A DNA stretch of 64,000 nucleotides from Clostridia bacterium (GTDB lineage Bacteria > Bacillota > Clostridia > Oscillospirales > RGIG8002), in contig JAFZXI010000010.1 of assembly GCA_017616855.1 (NCBI GenBank), positions 5,489 through 69,488 on the forward strand. Reading direction: 5' to 3'. The notes below the pieces were generated by a model. The model saw only the letters and a program-made list of their open reading frames with translations, did no database searches and had not been told where the DNA came from. Shown here piece after piece: positions 29,124 through 38,329 of the stretch. The translations under genes and the position numbers were made by a program. Position 1 is the first letter of the stretch. The number at the start of each line of letters is the position of its first letter.

Positions 29124-30194
29124 TCAGGCGCCGAGGATGAAGGTCATGCTGACGGGGTTGTGATCGGAATAAGCGAATCCGGTGTCGATAACCTCGGAGG
29201 CGACGACGGTTACGTTCGGAGTGACGAGGAAGCCGTCAATCGTGAGAACGTACTGCCCCGGCTTGTAAGGTCCGTCGGCGTTGCGGCAGCTCGGGACGGG
29301 CGACGCGGTGTCAAGCGGCGCGACGAGGCGCGCGCTTCTGCCGTTGAAGGTACCCTCCGGTATTGGCTGCGCCCAGCTGTATTCAATCTCGCTCTTGCCG
29401 AAGTAGACGGAGCTGTCGCCGAGGATATCCTTGTTGAAATCGCCGCCGGCGACGCAATAGTTGCCTTTCGCGTATTCTGCGTCTATGTCGTCGAGAATGA
29501 GCTTGAGCTGTTCCGTCGCTATCGTGCCGTCGGACGTGTACGCCGAGAGGTGGAAATTATATAGCACGAGCTCTTTGCCGTCCGACGCGGGGACGCGGGA
29601 CTTCGAATAGCATCTGTCGAGGTCGAGAAGCTTCCTGAGGCCGCTCTCTATGGGCAACTCGACGCGCTGCGCGCTCGTTACCGGGAATGAGGAAAGCGTG
29701 AGTATGCCGCTTTCGGAAGCTCCGTGCGGGCAGAAGATCGGGTAAAAGAGGTACGGCGAATCGTAGTTCTGCGCGAAAACGCTCGCCTTGCCGGCGAATT
29801 CAAAATATGCGCGCTCGTCCACTCCGTAAGTGCGGGTGGAATCGATATCGACCTCCTGGAGCAGACAGATGTCGTCGCCGCGCCCTTCGACGAATGCTTT
29901 TATCTTCGCGAGATTGGCTTCGAGCCGTTCCTTCGACCAGGCGCGGGATTCCGTGCCGCCGTCCATAAAGAAGCCGTAGTCGGGCTCGTACGCGCCGAAG
30001 CCGATGTTGTAGGAAAGGATCGTGTATTCCTGCGAAACGGATATCGGATCCGCCGTCAGCTTCGTCGGCTCGAGCTCCATATCGCCGATGCGGTGGTATG
30101 AAATGAACACGTAGGCGAAGTATCCTCCGACGACGACGAGCAGCACCAGGAGAATCGACAGCACGATCTTGAGTATCTTTTTGAAAATAAACAT
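29124..30194 (-). CDS. Membrane-anchored endonuclease/exonuclease/phosphatase (EEP) family protein
   Basis: N-terminal TM, then SYNIGFGAY...LLQEVD...SDHNP blocks typical of the EEP fold. Confidence 0.7.
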   Translation of the reverse strand: MFIFKKILKIVLSILLVLLVVVGGYFAYVFISYHRIGDMELEPTKLTADPISVSQEYTILSYNIGFGAYEPDYGFFMDGGTESRAWSKERLEANLAKIKAFVEGRGDDICLLQEVDIDSTRTYGVDERAYFEFAGKASVFAQNYDSPYLFYPIFCPHGASESGILTLSSFPVTSAQRVELPIESGLRKLLDLDRCYSKSRVPASDGKELVLYNFHLSAYTSDGTIATEQLKLILDDIDAEYAKGNYCVAGGDFNKDILGDSSVYFGKSEIEYSWAQPIPEGTFNGRSARLVAPLDTASPVPSCRNADGPYKPGQYVLTIDGFLVTPNVTVVASEVIDTGFAYSDHNPVSMTFILGA

Positions 30195-30352
30195 CGTTTA
30201 TACCTCGTTTGATATTATTAATGCAAAGGCCGGCTATCCGTATACGTATCGCCGACCTTTGTATTATTTTATCATTTTTCCGTGCCTTTTGTCAATGGTG
30301 CATTTCGTATTCGTGCGCAAAGGTCGCCGTTGTCCCGCAGATCAGAGCGATC

Positions 30353-31324
30353 TTACGCAAGCTTCGCGGCAATTCTAAGGACTGAAAGCGCGTCTGCGAC
30401 CGTGACCTCTCCGTCACCGTCGAAATCGAACGCTGAGCCGGTACTCTTAGTCGGCTGCGCGAGTTTCGCGGCAACGCGCAGCACGAGCAGCGCATCCGCA
30501 ACGGTGACTTCCCCGTCGCCGTCAACGTCGCCGGCAAGCTGCTCTTCCTCGAGAACGGGCAGAGTAAAGCGCGTCATATACGCCGGCCCTTCGTGTGTGA
30601 TTATCTGGTTTTGCCCACTGCTGGTAACAATAGGCAAATCACTCGCCCCATAAAGAACAGCATCAGCGCCGAAATAGACTTCGGTCCCTTCCGGAATGGT
30701 ATACATTATCACCAGAGAATACTCCCACCCGGCTTTGATTTCACCTGTTGCTTTATGAAACGTACTTTCTGCGCTTTCCCTGCAAAGCAGTTCCGTAGAC
30801 TTATGGATACCGAATCCGTCCATATCCGCCGTTATTACTACATCATCTGCGTCCGCGCCGACGGCGTAACCGTCTATTCGGAAACTGACAGTATCATATG
30901 CCGATTGATACGGAGTCAACGCGAACTTCGCGATCAGATATTCGCCGTCTGAATAATACTCGTTCGCGGAACGACTATAAAGCCGGATCTGCTCTTTCGG
31001 AATGGACGAGAAGCCGTAGTATTCATCGATCCGCGGTATTATCTTCAGTTTTATGACAAGCGTATAGTTTACGCCGGCTTCTATTATACCCGTCGCCCGC
31101 TCTCCGTCGACTTCCAGATACGCCGATATGCCGTCGAACGCCCAACTCCAATCGGTATCGCGGAACTCGGCGGTGATATTCTCGGCAGATTTATGATAGT
31201 CATAACCACTATAAGTGAACACGAGAATATGATTCCATTCAGGAGCGTCCGCGAACACGGTCATACCCGCGAACACACTCAACAATAATACGAGCGCCAG
31301 AACAAATGATAATGCCTTTTTCAT
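30353..31324 (-). CDS. Secreted protein: unknown ~230-aa module plus a C-terminal type-I-like dockerin
   Basis: Signal peptide MKKALSFVLALVLLLSVFAGMTVFA. Two dockerin repeats, GDVDGDGEVTVADALLVLRVAAKL and FDFDGDGEVTVADALSVLRIAAKL. Confidence 0.75.
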   Translation of the reverse strand: MKKALSFVLALVLLLSVFAGMTVFADAPEWNHILVFTYSGYDYHKSAENITAEFRDTDWSWAFDGISAYLEVDGERATGIIEAGVNYTLVIKLKIIPRIDEYYGFSSIPKEQIRLYSRSANEYYSDGEYLIAKFALTPYQSAYDTVSFRIDGYAVGADADDVVITADMDGFGIHKSTELLCRESAESTFHKATGEIKAGWEYSLVIMYTIPEGTEVYFGADAVLYGASDLPIVTSSGQNQIITHEGPAYMTRFTLPVLEEEQLAGDVDGDGEVTVADALLVLRVAAKLAQPTKSTGSAFDFDGDGEVTVADALSVLRIAAKLA

Positions 31325-31378
31325 AGTTGTTTCCTCCTATAATCTGTATTATTCCGCTGTTATGCGGCGGGCAAACGT

Positions 31379-32722
31379 TTACTTGAGAATCGGAAGATAG
31401 AAAATCGTCATATACACAGGTATTCCTTCGTGTGTCATGATCTGGTTTTGTCCATTATTCGTGACGATGGGCGATTTACTCGCTCCGTAAAGTATCGCAT
31501 CCGCGCCGAAGTATACCTCGGTTCCTTCCGGAACGGTATACATTATCACCAAACTATACTCCCAGCCGGCTTTGATCTCACCGGTTGCGGCAACATATTC
31601 ACCGTTCGAGTTTTCCCTGCAATACAACTGCGTAAACTTATGTATACCAAAGCCGTCCATATTTGCAATAACTGTAATGTCGTCAATATTTGTACCGATT
31701 GAATAGCCGTTGATAGTGAAACCTACAGTGTCATATTCCGATTCGTACGGCGCAAGCTCAAACTTCGCGATCAGATAGTCCCCGTCGGAATAATACTCCT
31801 TTGCAGGCAGCGATGTCTGATTTTTGGTATTCATCTTGACCTGCTTTTTGGGTACATACGAAAATCCGTAATACTTGTCGAGCTTATGATCAAGCTTTAG
31901 CTTTATGACGAGCTTATACTTTATCCCGTCGTTTATCAGTCCGGTAACCGGCTTGCCGTTCTCTTCGAGATACGCTGATATACCGTCGAACGCCCAGCTC
32001 CAGTCGGTATCGGCGAAACACGCCGATACGTTTTCGGCAGGCTTATGATAATCGTAGCCGCTGTATGAGAACGTGAGGCAGCAATCCCATTCCGCAGCAT
32101 TTGTTGTTAAAAGGTTGCCCGCCTTCTCTTTAGTCATTCCCACAATATCGTCGATTGTGAACCCCTTATCATTAAGGGTTTTGACGTCGTCAAGCGTCAA
32201 GCCCAGCGCGTTTATCTTTTCAAGCTGCGCGGCGGTGTAATGCTTTTCTCCGGTATGAGCGGTATTATCTTCCGCGCCTTGATTTGTCCGGTCGGAGGAT
32301 CCGTCGGACGACGAGCTATAGTCTTCAGGTTGTGAGCTATGTTCATTATCCGCCTGCAGACTGCTCATATAATCCTCGTATTCACCGACGGTCATTTTGC
32401 TCGCGGTTTCTTTGTCGACTCCCATTTCGACGAGCTTTTCTATCAAGCTCTCGTCGAGAGGCTGCAATCGGCGCTCCGTTTCCGGATCGTAAATGATATG
32501 CGAGTAATCATCGCCAGGCGTCGCTGACGGCTGTGCGAATATAACGGCAAGCGCGGCGGCAGAGATCACGACCGCGGAAATCACAGCCGCCCATTTCAGC
32601 CAAGGCTTTTTCGCGAATACGGACAGACGCGTCGTTTTCGCGCGCGCGGGCATTTCGTCCGCCGCCTCGATAAGGTCAGAGCCGATAAAACCTATTGCAT
32701 TTTTTATCGTATCAATACTCAT
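31379..32722 (-). CDS. Putative single-pass anti-sigma factor (pair 3). Its extracellular C-terminal domain is a paralog of the module in the downstream dockerin protein.
   Basis: 11-nt overlap with the sigma 3 stop. N-terminal AIGFIGSDLIEAAD, KPWLKWA, then a TM. The C-terminal ~230 aa align along their length with residues ~30-260 of 30353..31324. Confidence 0.6.
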   Translation of the reverse strand: MSIDTIKNAIGFIGSDLIEAADEMPARAKTTRLSVFAKKPWLKWAAVISAVVISAAALAVIFAQPSATPGDDYSHIIYDPETERRLQPLDESLIEKLVEMGVDKETASKMTVGEYEDYMSSLQADNEHSSQPEDYSSSSDGSSDRTNQGAEDNTAHTGEKHYTAAQLEKINALGLTLDDVKTLNDKGFTIDDIVGMTKEKAGNLLTTNAAEWDCCLTFSYSGYDYHKPAENVSACFADTDWSWAFDGISAYLEENGKPVTGLINDGIKYKLVIKLKLDHKLDKYYGFSYVPKKQVKMNTKNQTSLPAKEYYSDGDYLIAKFELAPYESEYDTVGFTINGYSIGTNIDDITVIANMDGFGIHKFTQLYCRENSNGEYVAATGEIKAGWEYSLVIMYTVPEGTEVYFGADAILYGASKSPIVTNNGQNQIMTHEGIPVYMTIFYLPILK

Positions 32723-33269
32723 TGTAGCCTTCCCTTTTCAAGTATGCCGAGAGGCGTTCTCTCACGCGCTTCAGTATCATTTTGACCTTGCTCCTGCCGA
32801 TGCCGTAACGCTCGGCTATTGCATCTATCGGATCATAATACCAGTATCGTCTGATAAAGACATTGCGCTCGGTCGCGCCTTCGGTGAGCAGGAAATCGTG
32901 GATGATCTGCCCCAGCTCGATCTCACCGAGCGCCGTATCCGCGCCGCAGTCGGCGATCAATTCCTCGAGCTCGTCGAGCGAAGAGAGTGATCTCGGTCGG
33001 CGTTTCTGCGCGTTATTGCTCCGCCACCGGTCGACAGCAAACTCGCGCACAAGCTTTCCAAGGTAGGTTTTCAGGTTCTCAGGGCGCTGAGAGGGTATAC
33101 TTTTCCAGGCCGCATACAGCGCGTCGTTGAGGCATTCCTCAGCGTCGCGTTCGTCCTGCAGCACGTTTTGCGCTATATAAAGACAGTAGTCGCGGTATTG
33201 CTTTTCCGCTTCCGCAAGTGCGGATCCGTCCCTTTTGAGAAACAGCTTGATTATTTCCGAGTCGGTCAA
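32712..33269 (-). CDS. ECF-type sigma-70 family sigma factor (pair 3)
   Basis: TTG start with GGGGAGG RBS. Regions 2 and 4 are paralogous to the other two sigma genes. Confidence 0.85.
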   Translation of the reverse strand: MTDSEIIKLFLKRDGSALAEAEKQYRDYCLYIAQNVLQDERDAEECLNDALYAAWKSIPSQRPENLKTYLGKLVREFAVDRWRSNNAQKRRPRSLSSLDELEELIADCGADTALGEIELGQIIHDFLLTEGATERNVFIRRYWYYDPIDAIAERYGIGRSKVKMILKRVRERLSAYLKREGYNEY

Positions 33270-33309
33270 GCTTTTCCTCCCCTCTTGTCTGAAAATGTCC
33301 TTTCACTTC

Positions 33310-33339
33310 TATACCCGTAAAATGCGGCGCCAAAGTCAC
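33310..33339 (-). promoter_or_regulatory. ECF-like promoter candidate: GTGACT-N16-CGGGTATA upstream of sigma 3
   Basis: Part of a ~80-nt block conserved with the region upstream of sigma 1 (24386..24472). Confidence 0.5.
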
Positions 33340-33467
33340 ACTTTTTTATTATAACATAAATAACTTGACAGCACCGGGATATAAGAAAACAATATCGAGA
33401 GCGTAAAAGCATTCAAAAACGGCTCCCCTTTCGGGGAGCCGTTTTTCGGTTTATGCGTTTGTGCGAA

Positions 33468-36400
33468 TCAGAGCGAATCCGCAAGCTTCGCCGCGACGCG
33501 GAGGATCTGCAGAGCGTCGCCGACGGTTATCGTTCCGTCGCCGTCAACGTCGCCGGCCGCGAGCGCTTCGGGCGTTTCGGGAGCGAGCTTCGCGGCGATG
33601 CGGAGCGCGGCGAGCGCGTCCGAAACGGTTATTTCTCCGTCGCCGTCGAGGTCGCCGAGGATGACGTCTTCTTTATACGGATCCTCGTAAACGCCGCTGT
33701 CGGCGGGCAGCATAAAGAGCTTCCATCCTTCAAGAGAATCCTCGATGCAACGTCTTATATAATAGACGCCGTCGCGAGTGGCGACGCAGGAGTTATCCTG
33801 GTCGTAGCTGTCTGATATACCGTTGAATCCGGTATAGTAAAGCGGTTCGATCTCATCCGTCTCGGTGTTGTACACGAAGGCGTTGCCGCCGCCGTCAACG
33901 GACGCGTTGATAAAGAGCAGTCCGTTCTTCACGCACGTTTTGGCGTCGGAATGGTAGAGATAACCATCGAAGTCGTTGAGTCTGCCGACGTACTTCAGAT
34001 CGTCGCGCTTCTGCTCCCACTTCTCGCCGTCGAAGCAGTAAACGCCGCTTGCGACGCTCTCTTCCATCGAGAGCGAATCGTCGGTATAGAATCCGAACAT
34101 CGCGTAGAGCTTCCCGTTAGACTGCATGAAGGTGAATTCATAGATCGAGGCGGGCAGGTCTGCTTCCTTCGTCCAGGTATCCGCCGCGGGATCGTAACTG
34201 TACATCGGAAGACTGTCTTCGGTCGCTTCCTCGCTGGTATCGGTGGCGATGCAGTAGAGTTTTCCGTTATAGATTCCGGGAGTAAAACTAAAGGAAACCT
34301 CATCGTAGAACGCATCGGGCAGATCCGCCATCGGAGCGAAGTTCCAGCGGTGCGTTTCCGAATTCAAATCAAAGGTCGCAAGATACATATGATCGGGGTA
34401 GTAGTATTCGTCTTCTTCCTCGTCATATTCTTCATAGCACGCGTCGACGATAACGTAGATCACTCCGTTTTCGCAGAGCGGAATGTCGCGTTTGGCGGCG
34501 TATATTTCATAATCGTTATAAACGCTGAATCTGTCGGCGCCGTTAGCGATGAGCCATTCCTTAAATTCATCTACCATTACAGTTCTTTTGTAGGTTATGA
34601 AATATTCGCCGTTGAAATAACCGACCTCGTCCGTGTATAGGTAATAACCGTAAAGGTTTTCGCCATCGGCGTCGGTCAGCAGGTAAGGAATAGGTTCCCC
34701 CTTAATTGTGATATCAGTACCGACAAGTTCAAACTCCTTCTGCCCTCTTACGAGGAAGAAGCTCGCCTCGCCGCTGAGACCGTTAGCTCCGGTTACAACA
34801 AACTCGGTAAGGGTCGAGAAGAAGCTCTTTGCGTTGCTTATCACAAGCTTCGAGCCGTCTTCGAAGTATTCGACGGGCATATCTTCGGGAAGAGCAGTCT
34901 CTTCCGCGCCGTCGACCGCGATCCTCTTATAGGTGACCGCGCAGCCCTCGAACAGGTTCGCGCCAATCAGGGTGAGGGTTTCGTTATCAAGGTCGCAGTA
35001 AGCGTCGGAGATTGCGGGAACCGCCTCGTCAATCAGGGAAAGATCGACGTAACCGCCGGTGGAGCAAAGGTCCTTCAGTTCGTCGGTGCGTCTGACGCAG
35101 GAGAACAGCTTCGAGCGGATACGCCTCGCGTAATCGCCGCCGGACTCGCCTTCCTGCCTCGGATTGAGCGCCGCGAGCAGCGCGCCCGCGCCGCAGACGG
35201 CGGGCGTCGCCTGGGACGTGCCGGACATAAGGTCATACGAAGTGCCGGGCACAAGCTCGATATCGGGCTTGCTGATAGCGAAGGAATGAACATACATGCT
35301 GATATCGTGCGCTTCGCCTTCCGTTTCATCATCGACGTCTTCGCCATACGTATAAAAACCGAAACCGTATTCCGTTTCGGCGGTAGCGTCCGCGCTCAGT
35401 AAGAACGCGTCTCCTTGACCGTAGCTGGAAGTATGCCACACCATACCGTCGTAATCCTCTCCCGTTTTTGAGACGTAAAATCCGCAGTCAATGGACAGCA
35501 AGCCGTCGTCAGCTCTGTGAACGTCACCGCCGAGATAGCATCCTACGTATCCGTCTTCGGAAGCGATACATTCGGTGGTAATGGAGAAGTAGGTGTTGTC
35601 TCCGCCCGTAGTAAGCGAGTTCTTTTCATAAGGGAAGTAAATGTAATATCCTTCGCCGGGCTGGGCGTTTTTGACGGTGATCTTCAGACTGTATGGATTG
35701 TCGGCGTTGAAATATCTTCCGCTCTCAACGGAAAGCTCAAGATAAGCGTCGTCGGAGATTTCGTAGTCGTCGTCAAGGGATCTGAATCTCTGCTTGACGA
35801 ATACCAGGTCGCCGAACGCCTTGACGCCGTCGCCCGCTTTTGACCCGACGGAGGGAGTGATCGTGCCGTCCTTCACAACGGTATCGGCGTTGAACACACC
35901 GTAATACTCCGTGGTGTCGTTGAAAAGCTCTTCGTCGTACAGATCGGGGAAATAAACGTCGGCCGCGACGGAGGAAAGAATATTCTGCCCCGGTCCGAAA
36001 ACGTCGACTGATTTCTTGCCGTAGCAAGAGAAGGGAGTAGGCGTTCCGTTAATGTCCGCGGCTCCCACAGAGACCGCGTATTCGCTGTTGGAGTTTGAGG
36101 GGTAATCATACAGACGGTCGTTGTCGACGCCCTCGTTACCCGCGGCAATGTAGGAGATAACTCCTTCTTCACCCAGAAGGTCAATCAGGTAATCATAAAT
36201 CGTGCCGTAATAAGAACCGCCCCACGAATCGTTGATAGCGACGACGTTGACGCCGCCCAATACGGCCTTGTAGACGTAATTGTAGGCGCCGTATGTGTCA
36301 AAAAGAGAGCCGCCGCTGTATCCGTCGCCGCCCAATATTTTTATCGCCATGATCTTGACGTTCGCCTTTGAGGCGACGCCCGCGACGCCTTTGGCGTTAT

Positions 36401-37283
36401 TCGCCTGAGCCGCTATTGTACCGGAACAATGGCTGCCGTGGTCGTCATCATCCACGGGATCGTCGTCGTTATTGCAGAAGTCGAATCCGTGCTCGCCCTT
36501 GAGACCGATGTTGCCGGGATTCGTCCACATCATATCCGCCAAATCTTCATGGTCGCAGAAAACGCCCGAGTCGATGACGGCGACGACGACTTCGTCCTCC
36601 TCGCCGGTCAGTTTCGCCCAGCCGGACGCCGCGTTTATGGAAAATGCCGCTTCGGCTTCGGCTCCGCGGCCGTCAGTGTTTTTGCCGTCGACGTTCTGCG
36701 CCGCGGGAGAGTTGACGTTGAAAAGGTAGCTGTTGAGCGGATCGTTGAGCGAATAGTCGGCGTAAGACTCCTTCTTGACGCGGTAGTTCGGCTCGACGGC
36801 GAGGACGTTCTCGTCCTTGCTCAGCATCGCGATCATAGTCGCGGTATCGTATTTATCGGACGATACGAGCGCTATGCTGAAATCCTTGCCGGACGCAGCG
36901 TAAGACGGGGTTCCCTTTTTGCTGCCGCGTTTGGCGGCGCCGTCGTTGAACACCAGAGTATCCTCCAGGACGAACCCGTCGCCGAGGTTGGCGCCGATGA
37001 TGGCAATCTCGTCGTAAGCGGCGGAATACGCCTTATCTTCGGAACAGGACGCGTCCATGATCCTGCCGAAGTCCGCGCCAAGCGCGGAAAGGCCGCCCTT
37101 CTTCGGAGAAGCGCCGGAGTCTATCGCGCCGTTCTTAAACAGAACGACGACCTGCCCGGGAACGTAGGTGCCTTCGATCAGTTCGACAGGCGCCTCCGCG
37201 GGGGCTTCGTTCGCGCTCGCCGCAAACGGAAACGCGCACAGCAGCAGAGCGAACGCAAGTATCAGAGATAATGCTTTTTTCAT
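33468..37283 (-). CDS. Secreted subtilisin-like serine protease (peptidase S8) with a large insertion, a beta-propeller-like repeat region and a C-terminal dockerin
   Basis: Signal peptide. Catalytic blocks VAVIDSG (Asp), HGSHCSGTIAA (His), AAGNEG (oxyanion Asn) and MSGTSQATPAV (Ser). About 240 aa lie between GPGQNILS and the Ser block. Dockerin repeats are GDLDGDGEITVSDALAALRIAAKL and GDVDGDGTITVGDALQILRVAAKL. Confidence 0.9.
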   Translation of the reverse strand: MKKALSLILAFALLLCAFPFAASANEAPAEAPVELIEGTYVPGQVVVLFKNGAIDSGASPKKGGLSALGADFGRIMDASCSEDKAYSAAYDEIAIIGANLGDGFVLEDTLVFNDGAAKRGSKKGTPSYAASGKDFSIALVSSDKYDTATMIAMLSKDENVLAVEPNYRVKKESYADYSLNDPLNSYLFNVNSPAAQNVDGKNTDGRGAEAEAAFSINAASGWAKLTGEEDEVVVAVIDSGVFCDHEDLADMMWTNPGNIGLKGEHGFDFCNNDDDPVDDDDHGSHCSGTIAAQANNAKGVAGVASKANVKIMAIKILGGDGYSGGSLFDTYGAYNYVYKAVLGGVNVVAINDSWGGSYYGTIYDYLIDLLGEEGVISYIAAGNEGVDNDRLYDYPSNSNSEYAVSVGAADINGTPTPFSCYGKKSVDVFGPGQNILSSVAADVYFPDLYDEELFNDTTEYYGVFNADTVVKDGTITPSVGSKAGDGVKAFGDLVFVKQRFRSLDDDYEISDDAYLELSVESGRYFNADNPYSLKITVKNAQPGEGYYIYFPYEKNSLTTGGDNTYFSITTECIASEDGYVGCYLGGDVHRADDGLLSIDCGFYVSKTGEDYDGMVWHTSSYGQGDAFLLSADATAETEYGFGFYTYGEDVDDETEGEAHDISMYVHSFAISKPDIELVPGTSYDLMSGTSQATPAVCGAGALLAALNPRQEGESGGDYARRIRSKLFSCVRRTDELKDLCSTGGYVDLSLIDEAVPAISDAYCDLDNETLTLIGANLFEGCAVTYKRIAVDGAEETALPEDMPVEYFEDGSKLVISNAKSFFSTLTEFVVTGANGLSGEASFFLVRGQKEFELVGTDITIKGEPIPYLLTDADGENLYGYYLYTDEVGYFNGEYFITYKRTVMVDEFKEWLIANGADRFSVYNDYEIYAAKRDIPLCENGVIYVIVDACYEEYDEEEDEYYYPDHMYLATFDLNSETHRWNFAPMADLPDAFYDEVSFSFTPGIYNGKLYCIATDTSEEATEDSLPMYSYDPAADTWTKEADLPASIYEFTFMQSNGKLYAMFGFYTDDSLSMEESVASGVYCFDGEKWEQKRDDLKYVGRLNDFDGYLYHSDAKTCVKNGLLFINASVDGGGNAFVYNTETDEIEPLYYTGFNGISDSYDQDNSCVATRDGVYYIRRCIEDSLEGWKLFMLPADSGVYEDPYKEDVILGDLDGDGEITVSDALAALRIAAKLAPETPEALAAGDVDGDGTITVGDALQILRVAAKLADSL

Positions 37284-37455
37284 AAAAATACCTCCTGTTT
37301 GACTAATATATTTACTATACCATTTATAACGATATTACGCAACCGTTTTTTTGTGATAAGTGCGCAAATTCACGAATAAGTATCCATGTCTGATGCGCAA
37401 CGCCGTTGTGTGAAGCACATTTCTCGCACGCCAGCGGAACGCTTAGTAACAAAAA

Positions 37456-37626
37456 ATGAAATCGCGGCATGCCGCGGTGAAATCCGAGCACGCCCGGATG
37501 AAATCATTCGGCTGCGCCTCATGATGAAATTAAATCCGTCCTCTTTAACCCGGCGAAGCCGGATTTCATCGCGCAGCGATTTCATCCGCGAGAGCGGATT
37601 TAACCCGTCCGTAAGGACGGATTTAG
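37456..37626. repeat. Nested palindrome array A: 4 forward copies of (G)ATGAAATC(C), then 4 reverse copies, interleaved with GC mini-hairpins
   Basis: TGAAAT at 37457, 37478, 37499 and 37525. GGATTT(CA) at 37561, 37578, 37596 and 37619. Exact complementary pairs are 37496-505/37578-87, 37511-17/37571-77 and 37523-30/37563-70. Confidence 0.8.
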
Positions 37627-37628
37627 TT

Positions 37629-37656
37629 GAAAAGCCTCGCTTTCGCGAGGCTTTTC
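37629..37656. terminator. Hairpin with flanking A/T runs (bidirectional terminator-like)
   Basis: aaaagcctcgc-tttc-gcgaggctttt. Confidence 0.5.
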
Positions 37657-37999
37657 TGTGATTATCGGGTGGAATAGCACAATGGTCAATAATAGTAAAA
37701 ACTACTTATTATCATCTTACAAGGTCGCTTATTCATTTGCCTACTCTTAAACGCTCGAAATAGCTAAATCCTCTGCTGCGCGTAGTCTTTCAGTGCTGAT
37801 TTGCGGAATTGTCCAAAACCTCTGCTAACTTTGAAGCAGAGTGAAAATACCCCTAAGTTCTAAGTTTTAGTCATCATTTTGTCAAAATATGCATCAAATT
37901 CGAGTATCAAAATGACGATTTTTGCATATTTTGGGAGTATGTGATTGGCGATAATGAAAAATCGCCATCCTTTCAGACGGCGGTTTTTATATCATTAAT

Positions 38000-38329
38000 T
38001 CAGTTTAATTCGTCCGGAACCTCTCCGAAAAGCATCCTCATATAGTCGCGTCTGCCATACAGCACTCTCACAACATATACTACATCATGCTCATAACGGT
38101 AAAACGCAATGTAGTTTCCGCAAACAAGAAAGCGGTAATCGTTCGCAATGTTTACAACAGTTGAAAGCAACGCTCCTGATTCAGGGAAATCTTCAAGCAT
38201 ACGGATATGCTTCATGATCTTTGAAATCGTATTTGTTGCCGCTTGTTCACTGCAAAGCTCCTCGGTAATGTATTTTCTTGTCTGCTTGAGATCGGCGATT
38301 GCATCAGGCGAAAAATTGATTTTAGCCAT
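38000..38329 (-). CDS. Type II toxin, RelE/ParE superfamily
   Basis: 109 aa. 8-nt overlap with the upstream antitoxin. C-terminal YRFLVCGNYIAFYRYEHDVVYVVRVLYGRRDY is typical of ParE/RelE. Confidence 0.8.
   Translation of the reverse strand: MAKINFSPDAIADLKQTRKYITEELCSEQAATNTISKIMKHIRMLEDFPESGALLSTVVNIANDYRFLVCGNYIAFYRYEHDVVYVVRVLYGRRDYMRMLFGEVPDELN

Noticed and set aside
33468-37283. The S8 protease as the site-1 protease that cleaves the neighbouring anti-sigma factors
   Set aside because: It is an attractive idea, but the protease carries a dockerin and so is probably scaffold-bound. It has its own promoter region, and nothing in the sequence links it mechanistically to the anti-sigma proteins. 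This is left as speculation only.
37456-37626. Possible CRISPR arrays (arrays A and B)
   Set aside because: The repeats are only 8-10 nt. They switch orientation half-way, the spacers are self-complementary hairpins of irregular length, and no cas genes are present. This is not CRISPR architecture.
37370-37661. ORFs through array A (37370..37585 -, 37386..37661 +) and through array B (52101..52577 +, 52250..52447 -)
   Set aside because: The open frames are a by-product of the short repeated words and GC hairpins. There is no RBS, and the peptides are repetitive in both strands.
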